Shown here one piece after another: positions 11,861 through 22,125 of a stretch of DNA of 64,000 bases. Each line of letters begins with the position of its first letter. Position 1 is the first letter of the stretch. Both the position numbers and the translations under genes were made by a program. The stretch lies in the NCBI GenBank assembly GCA_965116875.1, contig OZ220733.1:3584001-3648000 (forward strand). Direction: 5' to 3'. A model generated the notes under the pieces. That model saw only the letters and a program-made list of their open reading frames with translations, searched no databases and was not told the origin of the DNA. Origin of the DNA: Candidatus Latescibacterota bacterium. GTDB lineage: Bacteria > Latescibacterota > UBA2968 > GCA-2709665.

Positions 11861-12677
11861 ACGATATCGTAATCTTCGGCCCGGGTTGCTCGTGTGCGTC
11901 GATCCGGTCCATGATCTTCTGCGCGATTTCGAGAAAGGTCCGGGACTCGCCGGATTCGCCTGTCGCAATCGGATCGCCTTCGTCGCCGCCCTTGCGAATG
12001 GCCGGCAGAATGGGCAGCTGACCGAGCAGAGGGACGTTGAATGCCTGGGCGATCCGGTCGCCGCCGCCGGTTCCGAAGATCGCCGCGGATTCGCCGCAGC
12101 AGGGACAGATGAAGGCGCTCATGTTTTCCACGGCGCCCAGAATGGGGACGTCCACCTTACGGAACATTTCGACGCTTCGCGTTACGTCTTCCAGGGCCAC
12201 GTCCTGCGGCGTGGTGACGATCACCGCGCCGCTGAGCGGAACAGTCTGGGCGAGTGTGAGTTGTGCGTCTCCGGTTCCGGGCGGAAGATCGACGACGAGG
12301 AAATCCAGCGCGCCCCACGCGACGTCCGTCATGAATTGCTGGATCATCTTCCCCACGATCGGGCCGCGCCAGATCACGGGTGTGTCCTCTCCGGCGATGA
12401 GTCCGAGAGACATCAGTTTCACGCCGTGGTTTTCGAGCGGGATGATCTTGCCGCCAACGGCCCGGGGTTGCTTTGCGGCGCCCAGCATCATCGGGACGTT
12501 CGGTCCATAGATGTCGGCATCGAGCAGACCGACGGTCTGACCCTGGCGCGCCAGGGCGACGGAGAGGTTCACGCTGACGGTGGTTTTGCCCACGCCTCCC
12601 TTGCCGCTGGAAACGGCCACGATATGCTCTACTTCGGGTATGGGGCGAGGTTTCGGCATGCCGGGTGGCATTTGCAT
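11859..12677 (-). CDS. apbC: Mrp/NBP35 (ApbC) Fe-S cluster carrier ATPase
   Basis: SGKGGVGKTT, DADIYGPN, WRGP, DLPPGTGD, VTTPQ, ENMSAFICPCC. Confidence 0.93.
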   Translation of the reverse strand: MQMPPGMPKPRPIPEVEHIVAVSSGKGGVGKTTVSVNLSVALARQGQTVGLLDADIYGPNVPMMLGAAKQPRAVGGKIIPLENHGVKLMSLGLIAGEDTPVIWRGPIVGKMIQQFMTDVAWGALDFLVVDLPPGTGDAQLTLAQTVPLSGAVIVTTPQDVALEDVTRSVEMFRKVDVPILGAVENMSAFICPCCGESAAIFGTGGGDRIAQAFNVPLLGQLPILPAIRKGGDEGDPIATGESGESRTFLEIAQKIMDRIDAHEQPGPKITIS

Positions 12678-12730
12678 GGGTTCATTCCTTGAAGGTTGTT
12701 TGATTGTCAGGATCTAAATAGGGAGTCGAT

Positions 12731-13909
12731 CTAGGTTCCCCGCCTCTTTGCGCCGGAGTATGGTGATATGTTGCGCAGGCGTCCGACTTCCTCGATGACG
12801 CGACCCGCCGCCCGGTCGATTTCGGCCCCGGTGTTGAATCTTCCAATCCCGAACCGGATACTGCCCTCGGCAAGGCGGTTCGGCACCCCGAGCGCGCGCA
12901 GAACGTACGAGGGTTCCAGCGAGGCCGACGTGCATGCGGAGCCGGACGAAAGCGCGATTTCCCCCAGGCCCACCATGAGGCCCTCGCCGTCCACGCCTTC
13001 GAAGCTGACGTTCAGGTTTCCATCCAGGCGCTTCTCCGGATGTCCGTTGAGATGGATATCGTCCACACCATCGAACAGACGTTTTTCCAGCCGCTCACGC
13101 AACTCGCGCAGCCGGGTTCCTTCAGCGGCCATTTCCGCTCGCGCAAGTTCGCAGGCCGCCCCGAGACCCACGATGCCGGGCACATTGAGTGTGCCCGACC
13201 GCATGCCGCGTTCGTGACCGCCTCCGTCGATTTCCGCCACGAGGCGGACCCGCGGCCGGCTGCGAACGTAGAGTGCGCCAACGCCCTTGGGTCCGTACAG
13301 TTTGTGGGCTGAGATCGAGAGCATGTCAATGCCGAGAGTCTGCACGTCGACGGGCAGCTTGCCGACGGCCTGGGCTGCGTCGCAGTGGAAGAGGACGTCG
13401 CGTTCCCTGCAGACAGCCCCGATCTCGTCCAGCGGCTGTATCGTACCGATTTCGTTGTTGGCCGCCATGATGGTAACGAGCACGGTGTCTTCCCGTATCG
13501 CGTCCGAAACGGCTGCCGGGTCGACCTGTCCAAAACAATCTACGGGAAGGACGGTGACGTCGAAACCGCGCCGTTGGAGCGCTTTACACGAATCGAGGAC
13601 GGCGTGGTGCTCCGTGGCCTGGGTGATGAGGTGTCCGCCCTTGTCCCGGCGCACGGCGGCCACGCCCTTGATGGCCAGATTGTCCGACTCCGTCGCGCCG
13701 CTTGTAAAGATGATCTCCCTCGCGTCCGCATGGATGAGTTCCGCGATCTGTTCCCGGGCCCGGTCCACGGCGGCTTCGGCGGCCCACCCGAAGCTGTGGG
13801 TACGGCTGGCCGCGTTGCCGAAATCCTCCCTGAAAAAGGGCAGCATTGCGTCCAGTACCCTGGGGTCGACGGGTGTGGTGGCCTGGTTGTCGAGATAGAT
13901 ATGGGACAT
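12731..13909 (-). CDS. iscS: Cysteine desulfurase, IscS/NifS class
   Basis: Start [13 protein letters not shown]; [16 protein letters not shown] (PLP Lys), SSGSACTS. The ORF-track extension upstream is repeat-derived. Confidence 0.96.
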   Translation of the reverse strand: MSHIYLDNQATTPVDPRVLDAMLPFFREDFGNAASRTHSFGWAAEAAVDRAREQIAELIHADAREIIFTSGATESDNLAIKGVAAVRRDKGGHLITQATEHHAVLDSCKALQRRGFDVTVLPVDCFGQVDPAAVSDAIREDTVLVTIMAANNEIGTIQPLDEIGAVCRERDVLFHCDAAQAVGKLPVDVQTLGIDMLSISAHKLYGPKGVGALYVRSRPRVRLVAEIDGGGHERGMRSGTLNVPGIVGLGAACELARAEMAAEGTRLRELRERLEKRLFDGVDDIHLNGHPEKRLDGNLNVSFEGVDGEGLMVGLGEIALSSGSACTSASLEPSYVLRALGVPNRLAEGSIRFGIGRFNTGAEIDRAAGRVIEEVGRLRNISPYSGAKRRGT

Positions 13910-13920
13910 ATCGAGAATCG

Positions 13921-14110
13921 GGTAGAAAGAAAAAGGAAGAAGGTAGAAAGAAAAAGGATGAAGGAAGAAGGAAAAAGGAAGAAGGAAGCAGAAATCCTTG
14001 CCCGATATTTTATTCCACGATGCCTGCGGCACAAAGAGAATCCTCAAGAGGCAGGCAATCTCTCCCCTCTCCCGTCTTGCGTCTCACCGCTTTTACCCTT
14101 CATTCCCCTT
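13921..14110. repeat. Composite repeat copy 2: ten purine heptamers plus core (13990-14088)
   Basis: Ten 7-mers of type GGAAGAA/GGTAGAA/AGAAAAA at 13921-13990, then the AGAAATCCTTGCC...TCTCACC core shared with 11701-11800. Confidence 0.7.
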
Positions 14111-15032
14111 CGAACAATGCCGTGACGAAGGCTTCCGGTTCGAAGTCGCTCAGATCGTCCTGGCCCTCTCCCATGCCGACCATACTGACGGGGAGACCGA
14201 GTTCGTCGGCAATGGCAATGACCACGCCGCCCCTGGCCGTGCCGTCCAGTTTCGCCAGAACCAGGCCGGTAACTCCAATGTCCGCGTGAAATTGCCGGGC
14301 CTGCGCGACGGCGTTCTGTCCGGTGGTCGCGTCCAGGACAAGCAAGGTTTCGTGAGGCGCGTCCGGCAGGCACTTACCCAGGACGCGACGGATTTTCTTG
14401 AGTTCCTCCATCAGATTGATGCTCGTGTGCAGGCGCCCGGCAGTGTCGATAATGACGACGTCCATATCGCGGGACCGGGCGGCGTCAAGCGCGTCGAAGG
14501 CCACCGAGGCGGCATCCGCGCCGGGCCTGTGGCGAACGATATCGGCACCCGAACGTTCGGACCAGATCGATAGCTGGTCGATCGCGGCGGCCCGGAAGGT
14601 GTCGCAGGCGGCCAGGAGCACCCTCTTACCGCTTGCGCCGTACCGGCAGGCCAGCTTTCCGATTGTCGTCGTCTTGCCTGATCCGTTGACTCCGGCGACC
14701 AGGATGACGTGAGGTCTGGCGCCAGAAGGCCCGCGGCCCGGAGGCTGGGCAGCGCGGAGGATCCCCAGCAGTTCGTCTGCCAGCCGCGCCCGCACCCAGT
14801 CTTCCGTCCGCTCGGGCGCCGGCCCGTCCCGCAGGCGCTCGCGGAGACGGTCGATGATCCGCAGGGTTGCGTTGACACCCACGTCGGCCCGGATCAGGAT
14901 TTCTTCGATCTCCTCGAGGGTTTCCTCATCCAGTGCGGGGCTGCGCCGCAGGACCTCGCTGATTTTTCCGGACAGTCCCTCTCGGGTCTTTGAGAGGCCC
15001 TGTTTGAATTTTTGCAGGAAATTTCCGAGCAT
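14100..15032 (-). CDS. ftsY: SRP receptor FtsY
   Basis: GLSKTR, GVNGSGKTTTIGK, DTFRAAA, DTAGRLH, KLDGTARGG. Start taken at MLGNFLQK. Confidence 0.96.
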   Translation of the reverse strand: MLGNFLQKFKQGLSKTREGLSGKISEVLRRSPALDEETLEEIEEILIRADVGVNATLRIIDRLRERLRDGPAPERTEDWVRARLADELLGILRAAQPPGRGPSGARPHVILVAGVNGSGKTTTIGKLACRYGASGKRVLLAACDTFRAAAIDQLSIWSERSGADIVRHRPGADAASVAFDALDAARSRDMDVVIIDTAGRLHTSINLMEELKKIRRVLGKCLPDAPHETLLVLDATTGQNAVAQARQFHADIGVTGLVLAKLDGTARGGVVIAIADELGLPVSMVGMGEGQDDLSDFEPEAFVTALFEGE

Positions 15033-15143
15033 GCTGCCGCCGGCTCCTCGTGTGGCGCGCGGATTCGCCCCGTGAACGGCCATAATCAGAAGGGGCACGG
15101 CGCACCGTGCCCCAGGGCGGACTGCTGCGGTGGCGGTCAGCCC

Positions 15144-16049
15144 TCAGTACGACGTTTCCCTGAGGAGGTCCAGGATGCGCTCCAGATCGTCGTCTGTATA
15201 GAACTCGATTTCGATTTTTCCCTTTTTGCCCCGGCGGTTGATATTCACGCCCGTGCCGAACCGGCGCTGCAGGTCTTCCTCGAGCGACAGGACCTGAGGG
15301 TCCTTGCCGCGTTGCGACGGTCCGGAGGGTTCGCGGCGCCCTGCCTTACCGGCCTTGACAAGACGCTCGACCTGCCTGACAGAGAGGCCGTCCGAAATGG
15401 TTTTCCTGCAGAGATTCGCCTGCATCCGGTCGTCTTCCAGGCCCAGGAGCGCGCGCGCGTGGCCCATGGAAATCTTTTTTTCCTGCAGGGCGTTTCTGAC
15501 TTCCTCCGCCAGGTGCAGAAGCCGCAGCGTATTGGTCACGGTGGACCTGTTCTTGCCGACTTTCTGCGCCACCTCTTCCTGGGTCAGGAAGCAGGATTCC
15601 ATCAGGGCCCGGTAGGCCTTTGCTTCTTCAATCGGATTCAGGTCTTCCCGCTGCACGTTTTCGATGAGCGAGATTTCCATCATCTCCTGGTCCGATCCCA
15701 CGTCAAGCAGGATCGCGGGCACGGTCTCCAAACCCGCCTCTTTCGCGGCGCGGAGACGTCTTTCACCCGCGATGAGCTGGTATCCGGTCCGGTCGCGCCG
15801 GACAACGACGGGCTGGATGACCCCTTTTTCCCTGATCGAGTCCGCCAGTTCCCGGACGGGTTCCGGCTCGAACTCCTCCCGGGGCTGGTGCTTGTTCGGC
15901 CGGAGGTCTCCAACCGCGACGTCGAAAATCCGCGCCTCGGGGTGGGTGTCGCCCGCTGCCGTCGATCCCTCGGTCTGTTCCGGGGTCGACTCATCCGCGC
16001 CGGGGATCAGTGCGTCGAGGCCTCTGCCGAGGGCCTTACGCCTGGCCAT
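15144..16049 (-). CDS. parB: ParB/Spo0J partition protein
   Basis: LGRGLDALI, GERRLRA, ENVQREDLNPIEEA, HTH. Confidence 0.96.
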   Translation of the reverse strand: MARRKALGRGLDALIPGADESTPEQTEGSTAAGDTHPEARIFDVAVGDLRPNKHQPREEFEPEPVRELADSIREKGVIQPVVVRRDRTGYQLIAGERRLRAAKEAGLETVPAILLDVGSDQEMMEISLIENVQREDLNPIEEAKAYRALMESCFLTQEEVAQKVGKNRSTVTNTLRLLHLAEEVRNALQEKKISMGHARALLGLEDDRMQANLCRKTISDGLSVRQVERLVKAGKAGRREPSGPSQRGKDPQVLSLEEDLQRRFGTGVNINRRGKKGKIEIEFYTDDDLERILDLLRETSY

Positions 16050-16803
16050 GGTTGATTACCTCCCCTGCCAGGCTCATGTAGTTCCGGGCTCCTGGCGACA
16101 TAATGTCGTACAGGATGATGGGCTTGCCAAAACTCGGCGCTTCGCCGAGTTTGACGTTGCGGCCGATGACGGTGTTGTAAACGCGGTCTCCGAAGTGGTG
16201 ACGGGCTTCATCCACGACCTGTCTGGATAGATTGAGCCGGGTGTCGAACATCGTGAGCAGAACGCCTTCAATTCTGAGCGGGGGATTGAGACGGCGCTGG
16301 ACCAGCCGCAGGGTATTCAACAGCTTTCCCACACCCTCCAGCGCGTAATATTCGCACTGTATCGGAATGAGGACGGATCCGGCGGCGGTGAGCGCGTTGA
16401 GGGTGAGCAGCCCAAGGGACGGCGGGCAATCGATCAGCAGGAACTCGTAGTTTTCGCCAGCCTTCTCCAGCGCAACCCTGAGCCGGTGTTCCCGGGCGCC
16501 AAGGTTTACCATCTCGACTTCCGCACCTGTGAGCCGCACATGCGACGGGGCCACGTTCAGGTAGGGAATCTCGGTTTCTCTGGCGATGTCGGCGAGCGGG
16601 TGCTCCTGAACGAGAACCTCGTAGATGCAGGGGTCCTCTCGTGCTATTGATACGCCGAAGCTGCTGGTGGCGTTCGACTGCGGGTCGAGGTCGACCAGGA
16701 GGGTCTTCTTTTCCGCGGCCGCCAGGCAGGCGGAAAGGTTGACGGCTGTCGTGGTCTTTCCAACGCCGCCCTTCTGGTTGGCAATGGCAATGATTCTCGG
16801 CAT
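16036..16803 (-). CDS. parA: ParA/Soj ATPase
   Basis: NQKGGVGKTTT, DCPPSLG, PIQCEYYALEG, EAPSFG. Confidence 0.97.
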   Translation of the reverse strand: MPRIIAIANQKGGVGKTTTAVNLSACLAAAEKKTLLVDLDPQSNATSSFGVSIAREDPCIYEVLVQEHPLADIARETEIPYLNVAPSHVRLTGAEVEMVNLGAREHRLRVALEKAGENYEFLLIDCPPSLGLLTLNALTAAGSVLIPIQCEYYALEGVGKLLNTLRLVQRRLNPPLRIEGVLLTMFDTRLNLSRQVVDEARHHFGDRVYNTVIGRNVKLGEAPSFGKPIILYDIMSPGARNYMSLAGEVINHGQA

Positions 16804-16853
16804 GAATGGAAAACCCTGTACGGCGCCGCGCCTCTGTTTTTATTGAATTGGGG

Positions 16854-19508
16854 CTATTCGATGGCGGCCTGGGCGGCGGCCAGACGGGCGATGGGCACCC
16901 TGTAAGGCGAGCAGGAGACGTAGTCTAGGCCGACGTCGTGACAGAACTTTACGGAGTCAGGATCGCCGCCGTGTTCGCCGCAGATGCCCACTTTCAGCGT
17001 GCTGCGCGCCGACCGCCCCCGCTCGGTCCCGATGACCACCAGCTGTCCCACGCCTTCCTGGTCCATGCTCAGGAACGGGTCCTGTTCGAGGATGCCCTGT
17101 TCGATGTAGGCGGGCAGGAATTTGCCGGCGTCGTCGCGCGAAAAGCCGAAGGTCATCTGCGTGAGGTCGTTCGTACCGAAGCTGAAGAATTCGGCGGATT
17201 CCGCGATGGCGTCGGCCACGAGGGCAGCGCGCGGGACCTCGACCATGGTGCCGACGAGATAGTCGATTTTGATCCTGCCCCCGCCCATGACCTCGTCGGC
17301 GACGCGGTCGACGAGGTTTCTGAGCTCGGCGAACTCCTTGACGGCGCCCACGAGGGGGATCATGATCTCGGGAATGACTTTGATCCGCCGCCTGCGCACG
17401 TTCACGGCCGCTTCAAAAATGGCGCGCGCCTGCATCTCGTATATTTCCGGATAGGTGATACCCAGGCGGCAGCCGCGGTGCCCCAGCATGGGGTTGAATT
17501 CATGCAGGCTGTCCACTTTCTTGCGAATCGTTCCGAGCGGGACGCCCATCTGCCGCGCCATTTCCCGCTGTTGTTCGCGCTCGTGGGGCAGGAACTCGTG
17601 CAGAGGCGGGTCCAGCAGACGGATCGTAACCGGAAACCCCTTCATGGCCCTGAAGATGCCTTCGAAGTCTTCGCGCTGAATGGGCAGGAGCTTGTCCAGG
17701 GCTTTTCTTCTTCCCGATTCATCCGCGGCGAGGATCATTTCCCGTACTGCAAGAATGCGGTCGCCTTCGAAGAACATGTGCTCGGTGCGGCAAAGGCCGA
17801 TTCCCTCCGCGCCGAACTTCCTCGCGATTTCCGAATCCTGCGGCGTATCCGCGTTGGTGCGTACGTCCAGTTGCTTTATCTCTTCCGCCCATTTCATGAT
17901 GGTATTGAAGTTTCCGGATAACTTCGGGCTCAGCGTGGGCACGCGGCCCAGCATCACTTCCCCCGTGGAACCGTCCAGAGAGATCCAGTCGCCCGCCTTG
18001 ACCGTTGTGCCATGGACCTCAAACAGGTCCGCATTGTAATCGACTGTGATTGCTCCGCAGCCGGCCACGCAGCACTTGCCCATCCCGCGCGCCACCACGG
18101 CGGCGTGACTGGTCTGCCCGCCGCGGGCTGTCAGAATGCCCTTTGCGGCGTTCATCCCGCCGATGTCTTCGGGCGATGTCTCCAGCCGGACGAGGATGAC
18201 GTCTTCGCCGTCTTCGGCCATCGTCTCGGCATCGTCGGCCGTGAAAACCGCCCTGCCCGATGCCGCTCCGGGTGAAGCGGGAAGGCCGGTCGCCAGGACT
18301 TCGCGCGGGGCGTCGGGATCGAAGGTGGGATGCAGGAGGTGATCCAGCTGGGCCGGATCGATTCGGGCGATGGCTTCGTCCCTGGTAATCAGACCCTCTT
18401 TCTCCATGTCTACCGCGATCTTCAGCGCGGACGCCGCGGTGCGCTTGCCCGTTCGGGTCTGCAGCATCCAGAGTTCGCCTTCCTGGACGGTAAATTCGAT
18501 GTCCTGCATCTCGCGATAGTGCAGTTCCAGTTTCTTATATATCTTTTCGAGGGTTCTGTAGGCGTGCGGCAGCTGCCGTCTCATTTTCGCGACCGGCTCA
18601 GGCGTGCGGACCCCCGCCACGACGTCTTCACCCTGTGCGTTGACCAGGTATTCGCCATAGAATTTCTTCGCGCCCGTGGACGGATCCCGGGTAAACGCCA
18701 CCCCCGTCGCGCAGTCGTCGCCCATATTGCCGTACACCATGGATTGCACGTTGACGGCGGTTCCCCAGTCATGGGGAATATCGTTTATGTTTCGGTATAC
18801 GATCGCGCGGTGGCCGTTCCATGAGTCGAATACGGCGTTTACGCTTCCCCACAACTGCTCCAAAGGGCTCTCGGGGAAGGAACGGCCGGCGCGTTTTCTG
18901 ACAATGTCCTTGAAGACGTCAACGAGTTCGCGCAGGTCGCCGGACGTAAGGTCGGTGTCCAGTGCGATTCCCCGCCTGCCCTTTACGCTGTCGATTGCGA
19001 CTTCGAACGGATCATGTTCACGTTCTTCGGGCTGTATACCCATCACAACGTCGCCGTACGTCTGAATGAAACGGCGGTAGACGTCCCAGACAAAGCGTTC
19101 GTTTCCTGATTTCGCAATCAGTCCATCGGCAATCTCGTCGTTCAGGCCGAGGTTGAGTACGGTCTCCATCATTCCCGGCATGGAGACGCGGGCGCCGGAC
19201 CGGACGGAAACGAGCAACGGATTCGCCGGATCTCCGAACCGCCCGCCCATCGCCTGCTCGACTCTTCCAATATTCGATATGACCTGGCTCTTTAGCGTTT
19301 CCGGGTACTTCTTCTCATGGCCGTAATAATAGGTGCAGACGTCTGTGGTGATGGTGAAGCCGGCGGGGACGGGAATTCCGATGAGAGACATTTCAGCCAG
19401 GTTTGCGCCCTTGCCTCCCAGCAGATTGCGCTGCCGGCCGTCGCCGTCGGCCTCTCCGCCGCCGAAGAAGTAGACGTATTTCTCATTTTTCGAAGGCTGC
19501 TCCGACAT
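16854..19508 (-). CDS. ppdK: Pyruvate, phosphate dikinase
   Basis: GGKGANLAEM, RSGARVSMPGMM, GGQTSHAAVV, GLCRTEHMF, GICGEHGG. Confidence 0.98.
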   Translation of the reverse strand: MSEQPSKNEKYVYFFGGGEADGDGRQRNLLGGKGANLAEMSLIGIPVPAGFTITTDVCTYYYGHEKKYPETLKSQVISNIGRVEQAMGGRFGDPANPLLVSVRSGARVSMPGMMETVLNLGLNDEIADGLIAKSGNERFVWDVYRRFIQTYGDVVMGIQPEEREHDPFEVAIDSVKGRRGIALDTDLTSGDLRELVDVFKDIVRKRAGRSFPESPLEQLWGSVNAVFDSWNGHRAIVYRNINDIPHDWGTAVNVQSMVYGNMGDDCATGVAFTRDPSTGAKKFYGEYLVNAQGEDVVAGVRTPEPVAKMRRQLPHAYRTLEKIYKKLELHYREMQDIEFTVQEGELWMLQTRTGKRTAASALKIAVDMEKEGLITRDEAIARIDPAQLDHLLHPTFDPDAPREVLATGLPASPGAASGRAVFTADDAETMAEDGEDVILVRLETSPEDIGGMNAAKGILTARGGQTSHAAVVARGMGKCCVAGCGAITVDYNADLFEVHGTTVKAGDWISLDGSTGEVMLGRVPTLSPKLSGNFNTIMKWAEEIKQLDVRTNADTPQDSEIARKFGAEGIGLCRTEHMFFEGDRILAVREMILAADESGRRKALDKLLPIQREDFEGIFRAMKGFPVTIRLLDPPLHEFLPHEREQQREMARQMGVPLGTIRKKVDSLHEFNPMLGHRGCRLGITYPEIYEMQARAIFEAAVNVRRRRIKVIPEIMIPLVGAVKEFAELRNLVDRVADEVMGGGRIKIDYLVGTMVEVPRAALVADAIAESAEFFSFGTNDLTQMTFGFSRDDAGKFLPAYIEQGILEQDPFLSMDQEGVGQLVVIGTERGRSARSTLKVGICGEHGGDPDSVKFCHDVGLDYVSCSPYRVPIARLAAAQAAIE

Positions 19509-19568
19509 GGTGTTCCTTTTGAAAAATGGTAGAAGCTGTTATAAAAATACCGGTGAGTTCCCGATCGG

Positions 19569-19601
19569 CCTGCCTGCAGCGCAGTACGCTGCGCAGGCAG
19601 G
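19569..19601. repeat. 33-bp palindromic element, intergenic copy
   Basis: CCTGCCTGCAGCGCAGTACGCTGCGCAGGCAGG; 31/33 identical to 49570-49602. Confidence 0.8.
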
Positions 19602-19647
19602 CGCCTTTGCAGCCCTGCGAAGACCGCTGGAATTTTCAGACCGCTTT

Positions 19648-20883
19648 TCAGGGATTCCCCTCCCGTGCCGAGCCAGGGGCCGGATCTGCCGGAGTGACGC
19701 TCCCGGACGACGTTGTCATTCCCGTGTCAGACACGGATTGACGGGTTGGGCGAGGCTGTGCGCCGTCACTTCCGGCCGGATCACGAAGCGCCGCGCGACT
19801 GGCCCGGACCACGTCGCGGTCTTCGATATTCAGCAGGGTCTTGAGGATGCTGCGCCTGCCCACGACAATCCGCAGATCCGCCGTGGAGCCGTATTTGAGT
19901 GGCAACGGGGTTTCCAGAATGCGAATTTCCAACTCAAAGGTGCGGACGCCGCCGGCGTGCACCGCGTATCCGGAGAACCCGGAGATTTCGCCGGCGCCGA
20001 CGAAATCTTCGCGGTCGGTGAAGAGATTGCTCAGGATTTCAACGGGGTTTCCCAGCCGGATCTTCCAGGCGTTGGTTTCGGGAACCCACGCGTCGATCGT
20101 ATCGTCCCCTCCGTCGCCGGCGATGATGAGTACGATCTGCCCCTGTTCGGCCAGCATTCCGGGATGGAGGTCTCGCCTGGCCACAATTCCGCTGACGGGC
20201 GACCTCATGGTTGTCAATTCGAGGCCTTCACGGGCGCCCTTGAGGCTGCTGCGGGCTTTTGCGAGCACCGCGCGAGCCTGGCGGACCTCGGCCGTCGCCT
20301 GTCTGAGTTCGGCGGGCGACGCTCCTCGCCGGGTGAGGTTGAGTTCCTCGGCTGCGACTTTAAGATTGGATTCCGCGAGCTGCTGGTTGGTTTTGGCGCG
20401 TTCCAGCTCCTCGATGCTCCATAGCCGTTCGCCGAAGTAGAGGGTTTTGGCGCGCTGGAGTTCCTGCTTGCGGGCCTTCAGCGCAATCCCTGCCTGTTCT
20501 ACCCTGGATTCCGCGATTTTCAGCGCTTCAGCAGTGGGTTTTTCCTTCAACAGCGCCAGATTGGCCCGCGCATGTTCCAGATTGGCTTCGCCGCGCTGGA
20601 CCTCCTTTCCGGCCGCTTCGACGGCGGAAAGAAGGTCGCCGTTGTAGAGCTGGACCACCGGCTGTCCGGCCTTAACCGGCTGTCCGGGCTCGAAATGGAT
20701 GGCTTCGATGACTCGCTTCAGCGGCGAATCGATATAAATCTTCGTCCCGGGCTCGACAATGCCCTGGGCTATGACCACGTCGTCAATTTCAATCAGCGAC
20801 AGAGTGACAAGAACAGCCGCCAGCACACCTCCGACCCACAGCATCCACTTCAACACGCGGTGCCTGCGTCGCCTGCGCATCAT
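19648..20883 (-). CDS. HlyD-family membrane-fusion (periplasmic adaptor) protein
   Basis: N-terminal TM; lipoyl-like halves (PGQPVKAGQPV and MRSPVSGIV) around a long coiled coil. Confidence 0.85.
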   Translation of the reverse strand: MMRRRRRHRVLKWMLWVGGVLAAVLVTLSLIEIDDVVIAQGIVEPGTKIYIDSPLKRVIEAIHFEPGQPVKAGQPVVQLYNGDLLSAVEAAGKEVQRGEANLEHARANLALLKEKPTAEALKIAESRVEQAGIALKARKQELQRAKTLYFGERLWSIEELERAKTNQQLAESNLKVAAEELNLTRRGASPAELRQATAEVRQARAVLAKARSSLKGAREGLELTTMRSPVSGIVARRDLHPGMLAEQGQIVLIIAGDGGDDTIDAWVPETNAWKIRLGNPVEILSNLFTDREDFVGAGEISGFSGYAVHAGGVRTFELEIRILETPLPLKYGSTADLRIVVGRRSILKTLLNIEDRDVVRASRAALRDPAGSDGAQPRPTRQSVSDTGMTTSSGSVTPADPAPGSAREGNP

Positions 20884-20900
20884 TACGGAAACCCTTTTCC

Positions 20901-20929
20901 TTGACAGGGGAGAATGGCTTGTCTATATT
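20901..20929 (+). promoter_or_regulatory. Sigma70-type promoter for tRNA-Lys
   Basis: TTGACA-17bp-TATATT. Confidence 0.75.
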
Positions 20930-20983
20930 CATCACTTTGCCCGATCGCGTACTGGTTTTCCCAGTCTGATCCGGGAATGGAAT

Positions 20984-21055
20984 GGGCCCGTAGCTCAGGG
21001 GTAGAGCAGCGGCCTTTTAAGCCGTTGGTCGAAGGTTCAAATCCTTCCGGGCTCA
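20984..21055 (+). tRNA. tRNA-Lys(TTT), CCA not encoded
   Basis: Acceptor GGGCCCG/CGGGCTC; D arm TAGCTCAGGGGTAGAGC; anticodon stem GCGGC/GCCGT with loop CTTTTAA; T loop GGTTCAAATCC. Confidence 0.97.
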
Positions 21056-21094
21056 TTTAACTTTCTAAAAATAAAGTACTTGCATTATAAAACG

Positions 21095-21123
21095 GCCCGT
21101 ATCGCAACCGATCGGGCTTTTTT
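21095..21123 (+). terminator. Terminator after tRNA-Lys
   Basis: GCCCGTATCG-CAAC-CGATCGGGC-TTTTTT. Confidence 0.7.
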
Positions 21124-21297
21124 GTTTCCTGCACCGGACGGTTCCGCGTTGCTGCGAAACTCCAGCGAAATTTAGTCCCGTAAATTATCACATCTCCTGC
21201 CAAAAGTCAAGGCGATTTCGGGCCTGGATCGTGGGGGAACTGACCGCGCTTCGGGGTGAGCCGACTTTCAGGAATGCCGGATTTCTTCAGAAAACCC

Positions 21298-21351
21298 TTG
21301 ACAAGGCCGATCCATTGTATTATTGTTGACTAACTTGATCAACAATATAAT
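21298..21351 (+). promoter_or_regulatory. cys operon promoter overlapped by an Rrf2-type palindromic operator (21322-21346)
   Basis: TTGACA at 21298 and TATAAT at 21346. ATTGTTGA-CTAACTTGA-TCAACAAT resembles IscR/CymR-type 25-bp operators. Confidence 0.7.
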
Positions 21352-21369
21352 AAATCGCGTCGAAAGAGG

Positions 21370-22125
21370 ATGCGCATGGACGGGAATCAGGAAGAATTCA
21401 GCCGACTTGCAGATGAACTGGATGGCGCGCCGCCCAATGAAATCCTGGCGTGGGCCTGGCGGGAACTGGGCCCTGCCGTGGCGATGAGCACGGCATTCGG
21501 GCCCAGCGGCGTGGTTCTCGTGGATATGGCGCAGAGGGTGGTCCCGCAACTTCCTGTATTTACAATCGACACGGGGTACCTCTTCTCCGAAACTCTGGCA
21601 TTGAAAGAGCGAATCGAGGCGCGTTACGATTTTCAGATCGAGTCGTTGCGTCCCCGCCTGAGCGTACCCGAGCAGGACAGCGTGTGCGGCCCGGAGCTGT
21701 ACAGCAGGGATCCGGATCGTTGCTGCGCGATGCGCAAGGTGGAACCGCTGCAACGGAAGCTGGCGGGCCTGGACGGTTGGGTTGCCGGGCTGAGGAGAGA
21801 TCAATCCGACACGCGGGCGGGCGTACGCGTCGTGGAAGGATACCGGATCAGCGGTGGAAAGACCATCGCCAAGGTCAATCCGCTCGCCGCCTGGACCCGC
21901 AAGCACGTATGGGACTACATCGCAGACAATGATCTGCCGTACAATTCGCTGATGGACCAGGGGTATTCCAGCATCGGCTGTTGGCCCTGCACGCAGCCGG
22001 CGGCGCCAGGCGCGGACGAACGCGCGGGCCGATGGGCCGGCACTCGCAAAACGGAATGCGGGATGCACGTCTCGTTAATGGATGTCGAGATACCCGAAGC
22101 GGAGGGGCAACTGGCGGCGGGATGA
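21370..22125 (+). CDS. cysH: APS/PAPS reductase, Fe-S (APS-reductase) type
   Basis: IDTGYLF, DRCCAMRKVEPL, GLRRDQS, SIGCWPCT, C-terminal ECGMH. The CC...CxxC pattern indicates a 4Fe-4S enzyme. Confidence 0.93.
   Translation: MRMDGNQEEFSRLADELDGAPPNEILAWAWRELGPAVAMSTAFGPSGVVLVDMAQRVVPQLPVFTIDTGYLFSETLALKERIEARYDFQIESLRPRLSVPEQDSVCGPELYSRDPDRCCAMRKVEPLQRKLAGLDGWVAGLRRDQSDTRAGVRVVEGYRISGGKTIAKVNPLAAWTRKHVWDYIADNDLPYNSLMDQGYSSIGCWPCTQPAAPGADERAGRWAGTRKTECGMHVSLMDVEIPEAEGQLAAG

Noticed and set aside
13910-14047. Phe-rich N-terminal extension of IscS
   Set aside because: It is the translation of the heptamer array; the conserved start is MSHIYLD.
15144-16803. parS sites or oriC near parAB
   Set aside because: No full TGTTTCACGTGAAACA-like palindrome or DnaA-box cluster was spotted by eye; only a half-site inside purF.
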